Shown here in pieces: positions 29,481 through 47,213 of a DNA stretch of 64,000 nt. Below the pieces are notes generated by a model. The model saw only the letters and a list, made by a program, of their open reading frames with translations. It did not search any database and was not told where the DNA came from. Source of the DNA: the human T2T-CHM13v2.0 reference genome, Homo sapiens. The DNA is taken from NCBI RefSeq assembly GCF_009914755.1, contig NC_060932.1. The stretch is one strand, 5' to 3'. Each line of letters begins with the position of its first letter. Positions within the stretch are counted from its first letter, which is position 1. A program made the position numbers and the translations under genes.

Positions 29481-31184
29481 GCATAGATGGCCGCGGGAGG
29501 GGACAGACATGTCACGTGCATAAATATTGAAACCCTGGCACAGGGACCCCTTCTGACATCAGCAGCAGGTGATTGCAACACAATGAGACAAGCTGAAAAC
29601 CTAAGTAAGTAAGCTGCGGCTCCTTAGTCAAATCCACTGGCTCTTGGAATCCATGTACAACACCCCCGGAGTCTCTTACAATTCCGTTAGAGATACGGTT
29701 GAGTGAGGGAATTCCCACAGAGCAGCTGAGGCTGCAGCCAGAGAACTCAGTTTTGTCACTTTTGCCGGGACTGTCCTATTGCATGGGAATGCAAAAGTAG
29801 TTGTACACCTGGGTATGTTTGAGGGCTGTGTGTGTGAAATTACTTGAAGATGGCTAGAGACTATAATCTGCTAGCAATTACCTTGAAAGTTTAGCAGGAT
29901 GTTAGGAGTTTTCTAGGAAGTTGCAGTTCTCAGCGGTAGGGTTTTGGATCTTTTAGAAAACTGTTTGAAGGACGATGTTGTGAGGGACCTTGAAAATGTC
30001 TCGTGACAAAGAACCTTGACCAGCCCTTTGTAGGGAATAAAACCAAGGTCAACTAATAGAATGGGCAAGAGACAGCCACACTCCCGAGGAAGGCATCCCA
30101 AACCCGGGCCTCCCTGGCCTGGGGTTGAACACCTGTGTGTGCAGTGTAGAAAGCAGGGGCCTTTAAAGTGTGCCCAGGGCGACGAGCTAAGCCAGTATAT
30201 CAAGACTGTCAATTCATCATCAGTCTCCCTCCTCCATCTCAGAGAGACTTCTCTCACTTGTCATAGAAAATGAACTCACCTAGGGGCAGAAGAATACAAG
30301 GCAGAGAGGAGACTGTGTGGGAGCAGAGCACCAAAGGGGAGCACGCCCACCCAGCTCTGCCCCAGGGCACCTTCTCCACTTGCTGCCCTCAGATTCCCTG
30401 CCTTGGAGGCCAAGGAGTTGGGTTGGGAAATTCTAGAATCCTGTGATTACCCCTGTGTGGGATTTCAGGCAAACAGAAGAGTCTCTGAGCTGGGCAGCAA
30501 GCAGGGGGGTCCCAGCAGTGACCTTCCTCAGGGGTCCTTGCTCTGCAGATGAGAAGGAGGGCAGCCCTGTGTGGGGCTTGGGGGGTCTTGATCCTCAGTG
30601 CGCTTCTCTGATTCCCAGACTTCTCTCTGCTTTCCAGTACCAGAACATATAAGGGAAAAACTTTTCTTCACTAATCCTCATCCTTTAATCCCTTTAAGAA
30701 ATGCCTTGTATATTTATGTTTACCTCAAAACTAGGCCAGTTTTCTTTTCCTTTCTTTTTAATTAAGGCAGCACCAAAAGACAGAAGGCATTTGAAATTCC
30801 TGTGGGCTGAGAGGGCATGCAGTAGGTGTTCAAAATTTGGAATATTGGGTGATCAAACCTGGAGCATTTACTGTAAATGGCACATAAATATGCAACTTTA
30901 AAATAGAGTTCAAACTGAGGGCTGAGAGTGTCAAGGATTCCAGGTAAAGTAATAATTCCTCTTCAGTTGCATAGCACGGGAATTTTCACAGCCAGCTTCG
31001 AGAAATTATCTCAACCCCGCATTCACCCTGCAAAGAGAATAATTCCCACTTAGCAATGCAGTGATTAAAAATATAATATACGAAAAAGTCATAAAAGGTA
31101 GACCCAAGTCAATGGCTAAAGTGCATACTTCTTTAAGAAAACAGACTAGGAAACTTTAAACAAAATGCTGGACAATCTCTGTAA

Positions 31185-31450
31185 CGTTTAACCAATTGGT
31201 TTGGCGCCAATTCTGTTTTTATTAGACAGAAATCCAGTCGCTGAAAACATGGCGTGGGGCTGTGACTGGCTGCCTGCCAGCGAATGTCTGGGGGCCCGGT
31301 CAGCCTCGGCTGCAGCGAAGGGCCGCCAGGGTTGTCGCAGTCATAGCTTTGCTCCCTGGGAAATGCACCTCCTGCAGCTCCCTCGTGTTCCCGCTGACTT
31401 GGGAGCAGCCACGCAGGCAGGAGGGAGTGGGGACATCCATTTACAAGAAA
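31185..31450. promoter_or_regulatory. Candidate cis-regulatory element (non-repetitive GC/CpG-enriched patch with palindromic CCAAT and E2F-type motifs)
   Basis: aaccaattggtt (31190-31201) overlapping tttggcgccaa (31200-31210), then a GC-rich stretch that retains CpGs. Motif evidence only. Confidence 0.35.
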
Positions 31451-33842
31451 CAGCTCAAGTTAAGTTTTGCTTATGTTTGCAAACGAAGCCAGGTTGGGGT
31501 CACTCATGAGAACTGATTGACTTTGTTCAGGGATTGTTCAGGCCTGGACTCCATTTTAATTTACTTTAGCCCTGTGTCTTCATCCTTTTCAAGTCTTTAT
31601 TATTCAGAATGCCTTTAAAAACCCCCCAAACCTGCCAGATTCTGTCATCTGTAACTTTACATGCCATTTTAATGGAATTTTTATTCTTGTGAAAAATTTG
31701 CTTTATCCCACATTGTACATCATAATCCTTCCTCCTCAAGTCCCTAGCACTGTCCCCTCCTCTCCTCCCTCCTCCCTCTCTCCCTTCTTTCTGGTTACAT
31801 AGTTTTGCATATAAATTTGACATCCTTTTAACCTTAAGATTTGAGCTACTTCCCTATGAAAACGCTCCATGAGTGGTTTCTATGGTTGCTTAGCTTCAAA
31901 GATATCATTTCAAAATCACTCTGAGTTCTGAAGTCAGAGATTATTACTAAAGAAGCAACTTCCCGAATTCACTGGGAGCACTAATCCTCCAATGTTAGAC
32001 AAAATTATTTCCCATAGAATTACAATCCCCTAATAATTTGCAGTTACCCATGTTTCTTAGACCCTAGGCGGAATGAACACACATGAGCAGAAAAGGCCCA
32101 GCAGGGAATGCTCATGGGGATTCATCTCTGTAGGAATCAGATAACTGAGAAAGCCATGCTGTGTGTATTATCGGGCTTGCCTATTGATCGTTTTAGAGCA
32201 CTTTCAGCTCAGTTAGGTCTTATTCACAAAGAGTCGATTCCTAGGTGACATTTTGTCCTGAACAGAACATTCCAAGGTCAGTCTAGGTCATCTAGAGCAC
32301 TGGCTTCCCAAACAGTTCAGACTAATAGGCATGCGCATGGCACAAAGAGGGGCTGCCTGTTCTGTGATTAATGATACGGGTGTTTGCTCACCCTCCAGAT
32401 GCTGTGGGCTCTTAAAAATCGTGAGCTGCATGGGCACAGGGGGGTCCTGTGCTTGCCTTCAGCTCTGGGCTTGCCCTTGTCTTGTAGCAGCCATTGAAGC
32501 CAGAGTTCTCGCGGTGGGAATGTTTGCCTACCCGCTACCCACAGGATGTCTTGCTTTGGATGGTATTGAGTTTTATTTGGGCTCCCTGTAAACTGTCATT
32601 TTATGACCCCTAGCAGCTATTGGGTCTTACATAAATAATTCCCAGGAGTTCATTCTGGGTTTTCTTTGTATTTGAAATGACTGATTACCTGTAGATGGAG
32701 AAGATTTACAGGTAATTCACTCACATAGATACCATATATTTGGTTACTTTTGCTGCAAAGATCCCAAGAACTTTAGTCATCTCTTGCTTTTCATGGTTTA
32801 TTCTTACAGCTTCTTTTCTTGTAGTTTGTGTAGCTCAGCTAAGTTGGTTTTCTAGTGGGTTTCAGTTTGTGGTTATCTAAAAACTAAGTTGCTTATTACA
32901 GCAGAATTAAGATATGTTTAAATGTTTGCAAAGCATATTATTTTGGAAGTTTCAGATGGGGGACTTTTCTGTTTCTTTATGCAATCCAAGTTTTTTTTTC
33001 AGACTGCATGGTCTTTGGGTAGGAACAAGGCCACAAAGAGAGAAGCTCAATATTGCTCAGCGTATATCTCCACACATAATTTAGGAATTCTAGTTTGTCC
33101 TTAAATGTCTCCCAGCTGTTTCTGGGAGTCTCTAGAGGCTGTCTCACGTGTCCTTGGGGACTGACTCTCTGAACCACCTGATGTCTGTCATTTCCTGGTT
33201 TTCTGCTCTGGCTTTTTGGGTGATTTCTCCCCAGGCTGCCAGAGCTGTGTGAACCCCAATGTGCTAGGCTTGGGAGTCTCTGGGACCTTCATCCAGGCCT
33301 CCCCTAACACGCGTGGCCCACGTACCACCTGCGTGATAGTTAAAGTTACAAATCAAACTAACAAACAGTTAAGAAATGTACATAATAAATCTTTCTATCT
33401 TGATAAATGTCTTCATAATGACAAAAATATATGTAAAACCATGATTTTTATATGACTGAAAGCAAAATATCAAAGATGAATTTATTATTTCACATGTGTA
33501 TTTTATAGATGCTTGGATGGATAATAAAATAAGATATACACAACTCAGGTATATTTATCAGATAAAATTTATTTTTCTTGCATTAATTTCAGCTGCATCA
33601 CTAATTATATGGGTGTAATAAAGATTTTTACATAATTTGTATTCAGTTGACAGTAATAATCTAAATGATTAAAATGGAAATATATTTCTAAAAGTATACA
33701 TTAAAATAAGTATACAATTTTAAAGTTAACATTATTTCCATATATTTTTGAAAAGTTATCTTTTAAAATACTAAAAATTAAAATTAAAATGAAAAACACA
33801 AATGTCAAAAATGAATATTCACTTTTAAATGAAAATTATTTA

Positions 33843-34193
<351 letters not shown>

Positions 34194-34209
34194 TTAAAAA
34201 AACTAATTA

Positions 34210-34513
34210 CCGGTATGTTTTGCTTAACGATGGGGCTATATACTGAGGAAAGTGTTGTTAGGTGATTTCGTCATTGTGTGAACATCACAGAGTGCACTTC
34301 CACAGACCTGGGCGGTATAGTCTACTACACACCTAGGCTCCTACACAGCATGTGACTGTACTGAATACCGTAGGCAATTGTAATGTGGGCAATTTGTAAC
34401 ATGATGGTAAGTGTTTGTGTATCTAAACATAGAAAAGGAACAGTAAATATATACTATTATAATCGTATGGGACCAATCTGTTGTTGACCAAAATGTTATG
34501 TGGTGCATGACTA
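34210..34513 (+). mobile_element. Tigger3a/MER7A-like DNA transposon
   Basis: gcttaacgatgggg...ttaggtgatttcgtcattgtgtgaacatcacagagtg...ctactacacacctaggct...gcatgact; flanked by TA. Confidence 0.85.
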
Positions 34514-35829
34514 TATATTTTATATAATTTTTATTTTTTTAATGAACATAAAACAATTTACAGTTCTAGCATTTAATATTTATCTAGATGCCAATGTAAA
34601 TAATTGATATTATGTTTTCTACATTTGATGTCTAGATCAACGTATATAGATTTAAGAGTAATAGAAATTGTTTAATGTTGCAAAATATTTCTCAGTCACC
34701 ATGTGGTTTCTCAGCAACTGTGGTGAATATTGCATTGATATGTGGCTCCCTCAGGAACCATGAATCGGCAAATCAAGAAAAGCAAGAAAATGAAGTCTTG
34801 GCAATATGGAGCGCTGCTGAGAACTGATATGTGGTTATGCAAGAATTTGTTGCATTTATGCTGAGGAAAGATTGAAAAGGTAAATTAACTTTTCAAAGTA
34901 TGTGTGTGCGTTTTGGTCCTTTCTCACATCCATGCATTCTCCTATCAATTCCTCCCTGCATGCACAAGCAGTGTTGGCCCCAGCTTTGTGGGTAAGTGGT
35001 GGTACAACACGCAAACTTTTATGGTGTTTGGACACAGCCACCTGTGTGTTGAGGATGTTGGGCAAGAATGCATTCTGGTGCCTGGGACGGGGTTGCTGTG
35101 TCCTAAGGCTGGGTCAGGCTATGCCTGGTACCAGACCTCAGGTGAAAGAAGTGTCTTCTGGGATGGCATAGTTTTTTGGCTTGTTGTTTGCGATGGGGGG
35201 CTCTAGTGCAGCAACCCCTCTTGCCTAGTCTAGGTCCTAAGCTGTGGATCCTACAGGAATTTCTTTCCTTGACTCTCACTTAATTATGTCATTGCTGTCT
35301 TGAGTATAAAAGAAACAGACTTGTGCTCTCCATGTCCTGAGGGAATCAGGTGCCATGGTTTTATTTTTACTTGCTCTTTATTGCATGCCTCTCTCAGTAG
35401 GATTCAGGCACCAATCCAGGAAGCTGGGTGGAGGATCACTGGAGCAACATATGCCATTGTGGTGTGCCCAAAGAAACCCTTCCGCTTTGACTTGTACTCT
35501 CTGGATTCGGCTACATCTGTGGCCCTTGACTGTCTTCCCTTACAAAGACATCTTTCTTTGGAAGCTTCTTGTACTCTCATGCACATATTCCCCAGGTGGG
35601 ATCCCCCATCTGTCTTCCAAAAATACCCTAGACATTCATCCCCTAAACCTGCCTGGTTTGGTCCCATCACATTTATATGATGTTACAGAGTATGGAAATG
35701 GGAAAGCAGATGAACCTACCAGCTTGGCATCCATGTAATACTTTAATTAAATTGCTAAAATTAAGACCTTTGGGAAAAAGTTTCATAATTTAGGTTATGT
35801 TCCTTTTTTGTCTAGTGAAGGGAACTTTT

Positions 35830-36040
35830 TATTTGGTATTAGGACTTTGTGTGTGTTATCTAATTTAATTTTCACAGTATCCCTGCAAGGAAATGGCTGT
35901 TTTCTCCATTTTTTTTTCAGATGAGAAAATGGAGTTTTATAGATTAAGTAACTTGCCTAATTAGTAAGTGCTAACATCAATATTTGAATACTGCTTGATT
36001 TCAAAGCCTTTGCTCTTTCTGATAAGCCATTCCCTGGTTT
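35830..36040 (-). mobile_element. MIR SINE remnant
   Basis: tctccattttttt...cagatgagaaaatggag...gattaagtaacttgcctaa. Confidence 0.7.
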
Positions 36041-37772
36041 TTACCACCACAAGTAAAAGTTTACTTAAAAAAGTTCAAGTGGGAGACACATTCTTTCTTG
36101 TATTTAAATTTGGAGGAATGAATGAACCTGTGATACTTAAAAGCCATCAATAATGATCTTCTTTGACTCTTAGTGATTCTGGCATCTGGAAGTCTGCTAG
36201 ACATCTGTTGGCTGTGCCCTCTGAGGAGGCTTCATAGCTGGGAGCCTTAGTTTATGATTCATTAAAAACAAAAATAGCTGTGATGCAGAGTTTTGATTAT
36301 GGAATAGATATTATTAAGAACATTAAGAAGACAGGACAGAAGACTGACATAACACTTGATTATGCTATTCTTTTAAAACTTAGAGAATTAGAGAACAGTG
36401 GAAGGTTTGCTTACTGGATGTAGCTGATAGGAAGCTTGTGGAGATATAGAACATGTTGGATGAGATCATCCGAAAGCTACAGTGAGGAAAATCCAATAGA
36501 CTAATTAATATGAGTTAATTTGTAGATTTCTGCACTTAGGTTCAAAAGACCACTACATTAGAAGAAGATCCAAAATTGCTAATAAAAACAGTGAAATAAC
36601 ATAAAAGAACTAGGGGTAGGGTGATGTTAGCAAAGTGATAGACTAGGAAGCTCCAACTGCTCATTCCCCTACAGAAACCATTAAAAGCCAAAACTGCCGC
36701 AACTAGCTTTGTCAGAGCTTTGGGAAAGAGTCAAAGGTTTACATCAACCAAACAGATGCCCAGTCAAGAAAAGGCCATCTTCAAAATGGTCAGAGAGTTT
36801 TGTGATGTTTTTCTCATTCTTGCCTCACTCTTTCCCTGGTGTGGTAGCAGTCTTGTTCTTGAAACAGCAGCAGCCCAGTTCCGTTTTGTCCTTTAAACTG
36901 GAGGAAGCAGAGCAGACTTTATTGGTAAATTATTGCTTGTGGCTGTTCCAAACCACCTGGGGAAATACCTGAAGGACTAGCATGAAGCATTCATCTCTGT
37001 TTTTCCTAACTCAGAAGTCAGGTGGGAAAAGCTATGGACACTGCTCATAACCACTGTAAGGCAACTACTGAGCCACAGATTCCTGGGGCAAGAGATTATG
37101 GAGGCAGACATATAGCAGGCAATTTAAAGCCTGGGGGAGAAGCTGGGGCAAGACTGGAAATTAAGGCATTCAAAAGCAACCCTGTATATGGGGGAGTTTA
37201 GCAAGCCACACACATGCAGGCAAGGCACATGCTCAGAAAAGACCTGAGAAGACATTAAGCTTTCACTTTGGGCTGATTCCTAGGCTGAGAGAAAACCTAA
37301 ATAAGTGTTGAAGGCTCCCCAGCACAGAGCCAACCTGCAAAGGTGGGGAGAAATCTTAGTATTCAGGGAAATCTCTGCGAAAACATTAGCTGAACACAAG
37401 CTAGAAGGACAAACGTCAGTGATCACATGTGAAAAAGACTAGTCTTTGCAAAAATAGTTTAGGCAAGTCTCAAAACTACTGGATGATTATAGCCTTCAAC
37501 AATAAACCAACCAACCAACAAATGAACAACCCCTAGAGAAGGAGGACAATCTGATTTTCAAAGATTTCACACTATAATCCACACTACAATACTTAAAAAC
37601 CCAATTTTCAGAAAAAAAAAAATCACAAAGCATGCAAAGAAACAGGAAAATATGGCACATCAAAGGATCAAAATAAGTGGACAGAAACTGCCCCTGAGGA
37701 ATCTAAAACATTTGACTTACTAGACAAAGACTTTAAAACAACTGTCCTAAACATACTCAAAGACCTAAAGGA

Positions 37773-38066
37773 GGCTGGGTGCAGTGGCTCACGCCTATAA
37801 TCCCAGCACTCTGGGAGGCCGAGGTGGGTGGATCATGAGGTCAGGAGATTGAGACCATCCTGGCCAACATGATGAAACCCCGTTTCTATTAAAAATACAA
37901 AAATTAGCTGGGCGTGGTGGTACATGCCTGTAGTCCCAGCTGCTCGGGAGGCTGAGGCAGGAGAATCACTTAAACCAGGGGGAGGTTGCAGTGAGCTGAG
38001 ATGGTGCCGCTTCACTCCAGTCTAGCTACAGAGCAAGACTCCATTTCCAAAAAAAAAAAAAAAAAG
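37773..38066 (+). mobile_element. Alu (AluSc-like) in the host L1 ORF1
   Basis: ggatcatgaggtcaggagattgagaccatcctggccaac; TSD agacctaaagga. Confidence 0.93.
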
Positions 38067-39903
38067 AGAGACCTAAAGGAAAACATAGACAAAGAACTAA
38101 GGGAAATCAAGAATATGAAATGTCAACAAAATGAGAATATCAACAAAGAGATCGAAATTATAAAAAGGACCAAGCAGAAATACTGGAGGTGAAAAGTACA
38201 ATAACTAAAATGAAAAGTTTACCAGAAGGGTTCAGTAGGAGATTTGATCAGGTGGAAGAAAGAATCAGTAAACTTGAAGACAAGACAGTTAAAATTATTG
38301 AGTCTGAGAAACAGAAAAAATAATAAAGAAAAGCAAAGAGAACTGAAGAGATTTGTGGGAAACCATAAAGCCAAGCAACATATGCATTATGGGAATTCAA
38401 GAAGGAGACGTGATAATGGTGCAGAAAAATTATTTGAAGAAATAATGGCTGAAAAGGAAAGCCATGAGTATAAAAATAAAAGAAGCACAACAAAATCCAA
38501 GTAGAATAACTCAGAGACCCACGTGTGAACCCCTTATAACCAAACTGTCAAAAGCTGAAGACAAAGAGAGAATCTTGAAAGCTGTAAAAGAAAAGCAACT
38601 TATTAGGTGTAAGGTATCCTTAGTAAGATTATCAGCCTGTTTCTTAGCAGAAATACTGGCATCCAGAAGGCAGTGGAATGGTATATTAAAGTGCCAAAAA
38701 TAGAACTGTCAGGCAAGGATTCTATATCTCACAAAACTGTCCTTCAAGAGTTGAAAGTGAAATTAAGACATTCCCAGAAATGGGAAATTTATTAACAGAA
38801 ATGGGAAGTTAAACAAAAGAAGTTTATTACTACCAGACTTGCCCCCCACCGCCGAGCCCAAAATGCTAAAGGAAATCTCCCAGGTTGCAATGAAAAGATG
38901 TTAGACAGTAACTAATAGTCATATAAAGATATAAAGGTTTCCATTAAAGGTAAATGCATAAGAATATATAAAAGCCAGTATTATTAGAATTTTCATTTGT
39001 AGCTCCACCTCTTATTGTCTATAGGATTTAAAAGATAAATACATAAAAATAGTTAACAATCTGTGTTTTTTGGCACACAACGTATAAAGATGTAATTAGT
39101 GACATCAATAACATCAAGTGGGAGATAGAACTGTATGGAAGTAGAGATTGCATACGTGATTGAAGTTAAGTTGATGTCAATTCAGATGTGATTGTCATAT
39201 TATTAATGTAATCTGCATAGTAACCACAAAGAAATTATCTATAGTATATACACAAAAGGCAGTGAGATGGTAATCAAAATGTGTCACTCCAAAAACAACA
39301 ACAACAACAAAACAAACAAACAACCAACTAAACACAAAAGAAAGCAGTAATGAAGGAAATGAGAGCCAAAATATGGTATAAGACATGGAGAAAACAAACA
39401 GGAAAATGGCAGAATTAGCCTGCTTTTTTAAAAATAATTACTTTAAATGCATTAAAGTCTCTAATCAAAAGGCAGAAATCAGCAGACTAGATTTAGAAAC
39501 ATGATCCAATCACATGTTATGTACATGAGACTCATTTTAGATCTAAAGACACAAACGGTTGAAAGTGAAAGATTGGAAAAAGATATTCCATGTAAATTGA
39601 AAGCAACAAGAAGCTGGGTAGTTATACTAATAGGAGATCAAATAAACTCTAAGTAAAAAACTGTTACGAGGGACAAAGAAGGACATTAGTATTGATAAGA
39701 GACTCAATTATCAAGAAGATATAAAATTAGGAACATTTTTATGCAAACATCAGAGCCCTACAGAGCAAAACTGAAGGGAATACTAAACAGATTTACAATA
39801 ATGATTGGAGACTTTCATACTCTACTTTTAATTGTAAATGGAACCAAAAGACATAAGGCAAATAAGGACATAGACTTGAACAGGACAATAAACCAATTAG
39901 ACT

Positions 39904-43830
<3,927 letters not shown>

Positions 43831-43924
43831 ATACCAATTAGACCTAACAGACATATAGAGGTCATTCCACCCAACAACAGCAAAGTACACGTTTTTCTCA
43901 AGTGCACATAGAACAATTCTATGT

Positions 43925-44793
43925 TCTGTGTTTAGAATGCCTGTAACATCCTGGCCAACCAGAGGTTGTGAGTCTGTCCATGTGACAGATTTACTGCTAG
44001 CATAACCAGCATTCGAGAAAACCAGCACACTAAACAAAACTACAAGCAAGAACTCTGACAGAGTCTGCTTCACTCCTCTGCTACCTCCAATGGAGCAGAT
44101 GCTGGTATACACAGCTGAGAGATCTGAACACAGATCACATCACAGGACTCTTTGCAGACACTCCCCAGTACCAGCCTGGAGCCCAGTAGCTCTGCTGGCT
44201 GGCTAGACCCAGAAGAGCAAAAACCATCACTGCATTCCAGCTCTCAGGAAGCCCTATCCTTAGGGGAAGAGGGAGAACACATTATGGGAGCACCCTGTGG
44301 GACAAAAGAATCCGAACAGCAGTCCTTGAGTCCCAGATCTTCCCTCTGACATAGTCTACCAGAATGAGAAGGAACCAGAAAAACAATTCTGGTAATATGA
44401 CAAAACAAAGTTCTTTAGTACCCTCAAAAGGTCACATCAGCTTACCAGCAGTGGATCCGAACCAAGATGAAATCTCTGAATTACCAGAAAACAAATTCAG
44501 AAGGCCGATTATTAAGGCTAATCAGGGAGGACCAGAGAAAGGTGAACTCCAACTTAAAGAAATAAAAAACATGATACAGGATATGAAAGGAAAAATCTTC
44601 AGAGAAATGGATAGCATAGATAAAAACAATCATAACTTCTGGAAATCAAGGACACACTTAGAGAAATGCAAAACGCACTGGAGAGTTTCAGCAATAGAAT
44701 CAAACAAGCAGAAGAAAGAATTACAGAGCTCAAAGACAAGGCTTTCAAATTAACCCAATCCTTCAAAGACAAAGAAAAAATAATTTTAAAAAA
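43925..44793 (+). mobile_element. L1PB(a)-like 5'UTR and ORF1 N-terminal fragment
   Basis: ORF 44364..44753 MRRNQKNNSGNMTKQ...DPNQDEISELPE is an L1PB/L1MA-type ORF1 start; upstream sequence resembles the matching 5'UTR. Confidence 0.8.
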
Positions 44794-45281
44794 TGATCAA
44801 ATTAACAACTTACATTTATACCTTAAGGAACTAGAAAAAGAAGAACAAACTAAGTCTAAAACTAGCATAACTAGGGAAAAAGAAAGATTAGAGCAGAGAG
44901 AAATAAAACAAAGAATAGAAAAACAATAGAGAAAATTAATGAAACCAAAGTAATTTAGTTCTTAAAAAGATCAAGAAAATTGATAAACCTTTAGCAATAC
45001 TGACTAAGAAAAAAAGAAGACTTAAATAACCAAAACTAGAAATGAAAGAGAGGACATTACAACTGATTTACAGAAATAAGAAGGATTATTAAGAAGTATT
45101 ATAAACAATTGTATGACAACAAATTTGGTAACCTAAATGAAATAGACAAATTTCTAGATACACAAAGCTTACTAAGACTGAATCACTAATAAACAGAAAA
45201 TTTGAGTAGACCTATAATTAGCAAGAAGATTTAATCAGTAATCAAAAATCTTCCAACAAATAAAAGTCCAGGATCAGATGT

Positions 45282-45687
45282 TGGTATGGTATAAATGTAT
45301 CCCCCGCCAAATTCATGTATTGGAAACTTAATTCCCAGTGCCACAGTGTTGGGAGGTGGGGCCTTTTGTGATATGTTTCAGTCATGATGGTTCTGCCCTC
45401 ATGAATAGATTAATGCTATTATAAAGGGCCTTGATGGAGGGAGTTAATCTCTTTTGGCCCTTTTGCCTTCTGTCATATAAAGATACACAAGTTTCCTCCC
45501 TTCTTGAGGATGCAGCATTCAAAACACCATCTTGGAAGCAGAGACTGGACCCTCACCAGACACCAGACTTGCTGGCACCTTGAATTTGAACTTCCTAGTC
45601 TCCAAAACTGTGAGAAATAAATTTATCTTCTGTATAAATGACCCAGTTTCAGATATTTTGCTATAGCAGCACAAATGGATGAATACA
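45282..45687 (+). mobile_element. MST-like (MSTC/D) MaLR solo LTR nested in host L1 ORF2
   Basis: tggtatgg...aaattcatgtattggaaacttaattccc...ctatagcagcacaaatggatgaataca; 5-bp TSD gatgt/gatat. Confidence 0.88.
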
Positions 45688-46903
45688 GATATCTTAATTG
45701 ATGAGTTCTACCAAACACTTAAAGAACTAGCACCAATATTTATCAAATGCTTCCAAAAAAAATGAAGAGAAGGGAACACTTCCTGACTCATTCTATGAGG
45801 CCAGCACTATATTGACACCAAAGCCAGACAAAGACAGTACAAGAAAACCATAGACCAATATCCTTTATGAATACCAATACAAAAATCCTCAAAAAAATTA
45901 GCAAACTGGATTCAGCAACATATTGAAAGGATTATACATCATGACCAAATGAGATTGATTCTTGGAATACAAGGATGGTTCTACACATAAAAATCAATGC
46001 AATATACCACATTAACACAATAAAGGGAAAATCCATGATCATCTCAACTGATGCAGAAAAAGTATTTGAGAAAATCCAATACCTTTTCATGATAAGAACG
46101 CCCAGCAAACTGGGAATAGAAACTACCTCAATATAATAAAGCTCTTATATGAGAAATCCACAGCTATCACTATACTCAATAGCTATACTATACTCAAAAG
46201 ACTAAAAGCAATTCCCCTAAGATCAGAAATAAGACAAGGGTGCCTGCTTTTGTTACTTGTGTTCAACATAATATTGGAAATTCTAGCTGAAGCAATTAGG
46301 CAAGAAAAAGAAATAAGAGGCATACAAATTAGAAAGGAATAAGTAAAATTATTTCTGTTTGCAGATGACACAATCCTATATTTAGAAAATTGTAGCAATT
46401 CTGCACCAACTCCCCCCTGGCCCCACAACAACAAACAAAGATAAACCAAAGCAAACTGTTAGAACTAATAAATGAATTCAGAGGCTGGATACAAACTCAA
46501 CATGCAAAAAGCAGTTGCATTTCTCTATAGTGACAATGAAAAATCTGAAGTGGGAATTTAGAAAACAGGAGGCTAAATAATTGTACATGGAAAACTACGA
46601 AGCATCGCTGAATGAAATTAAATAAAGTATAAAAAATGGAAAGACATCCCAGGTTCATTGATAGGAAGACTTAATATTGTTAAGATGTCAGTTCTACTCA
46701 AAGCAATCCACAGAATCAATGCAATTCCTATCAAAGTTCCAATGAGTTTTTTGCCAAAATGTAAAAATTCATCCCAAAATTCATGTGTAATATTAAGGGT
46801 CCCAAATAGTGGAAACAGTATTGAAAAAGAACAAAGTTGGAGGACACTAACTTCCTGATTTCAAAACTTGCTGTAAAGTTTCAGTAATCAAAACAGTGGT
46901 TCT

Positions 46904-47213
46904 GGCCAGGTGCGGTGGCTCACACCTGTAATCCCAGCACTTTGGGAGGCAAAGTTGGGTGGATTGCTTGAGGCCAGGAGTTTGAGATTAGCCTGGCCAA
47001 CATGATAAAATGCTATCTTTACCAAAAATACAAAAATTAGCTGGGCGTGATGGCACGTGCCTGTAATCCCAGCTACTTGAGATGCTGAGGTGGGAGGATC
47101 GCTTGAACCCAGGAGGCGGAGGTCACAATGAGTCGAGATCAAGACTGTACTCCAGCCTGGGTGACAGAATGAGACTTCATCTCCAAAACAAAAAACAAAC
47201 AAACAAAAAAACA
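46904..47213 (+). mobile_element. Alu (AluS/J-like) nested in host L1 ORF2
   Basis: Full dimer with (CAAA)n tail. Confidence 0.93.
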
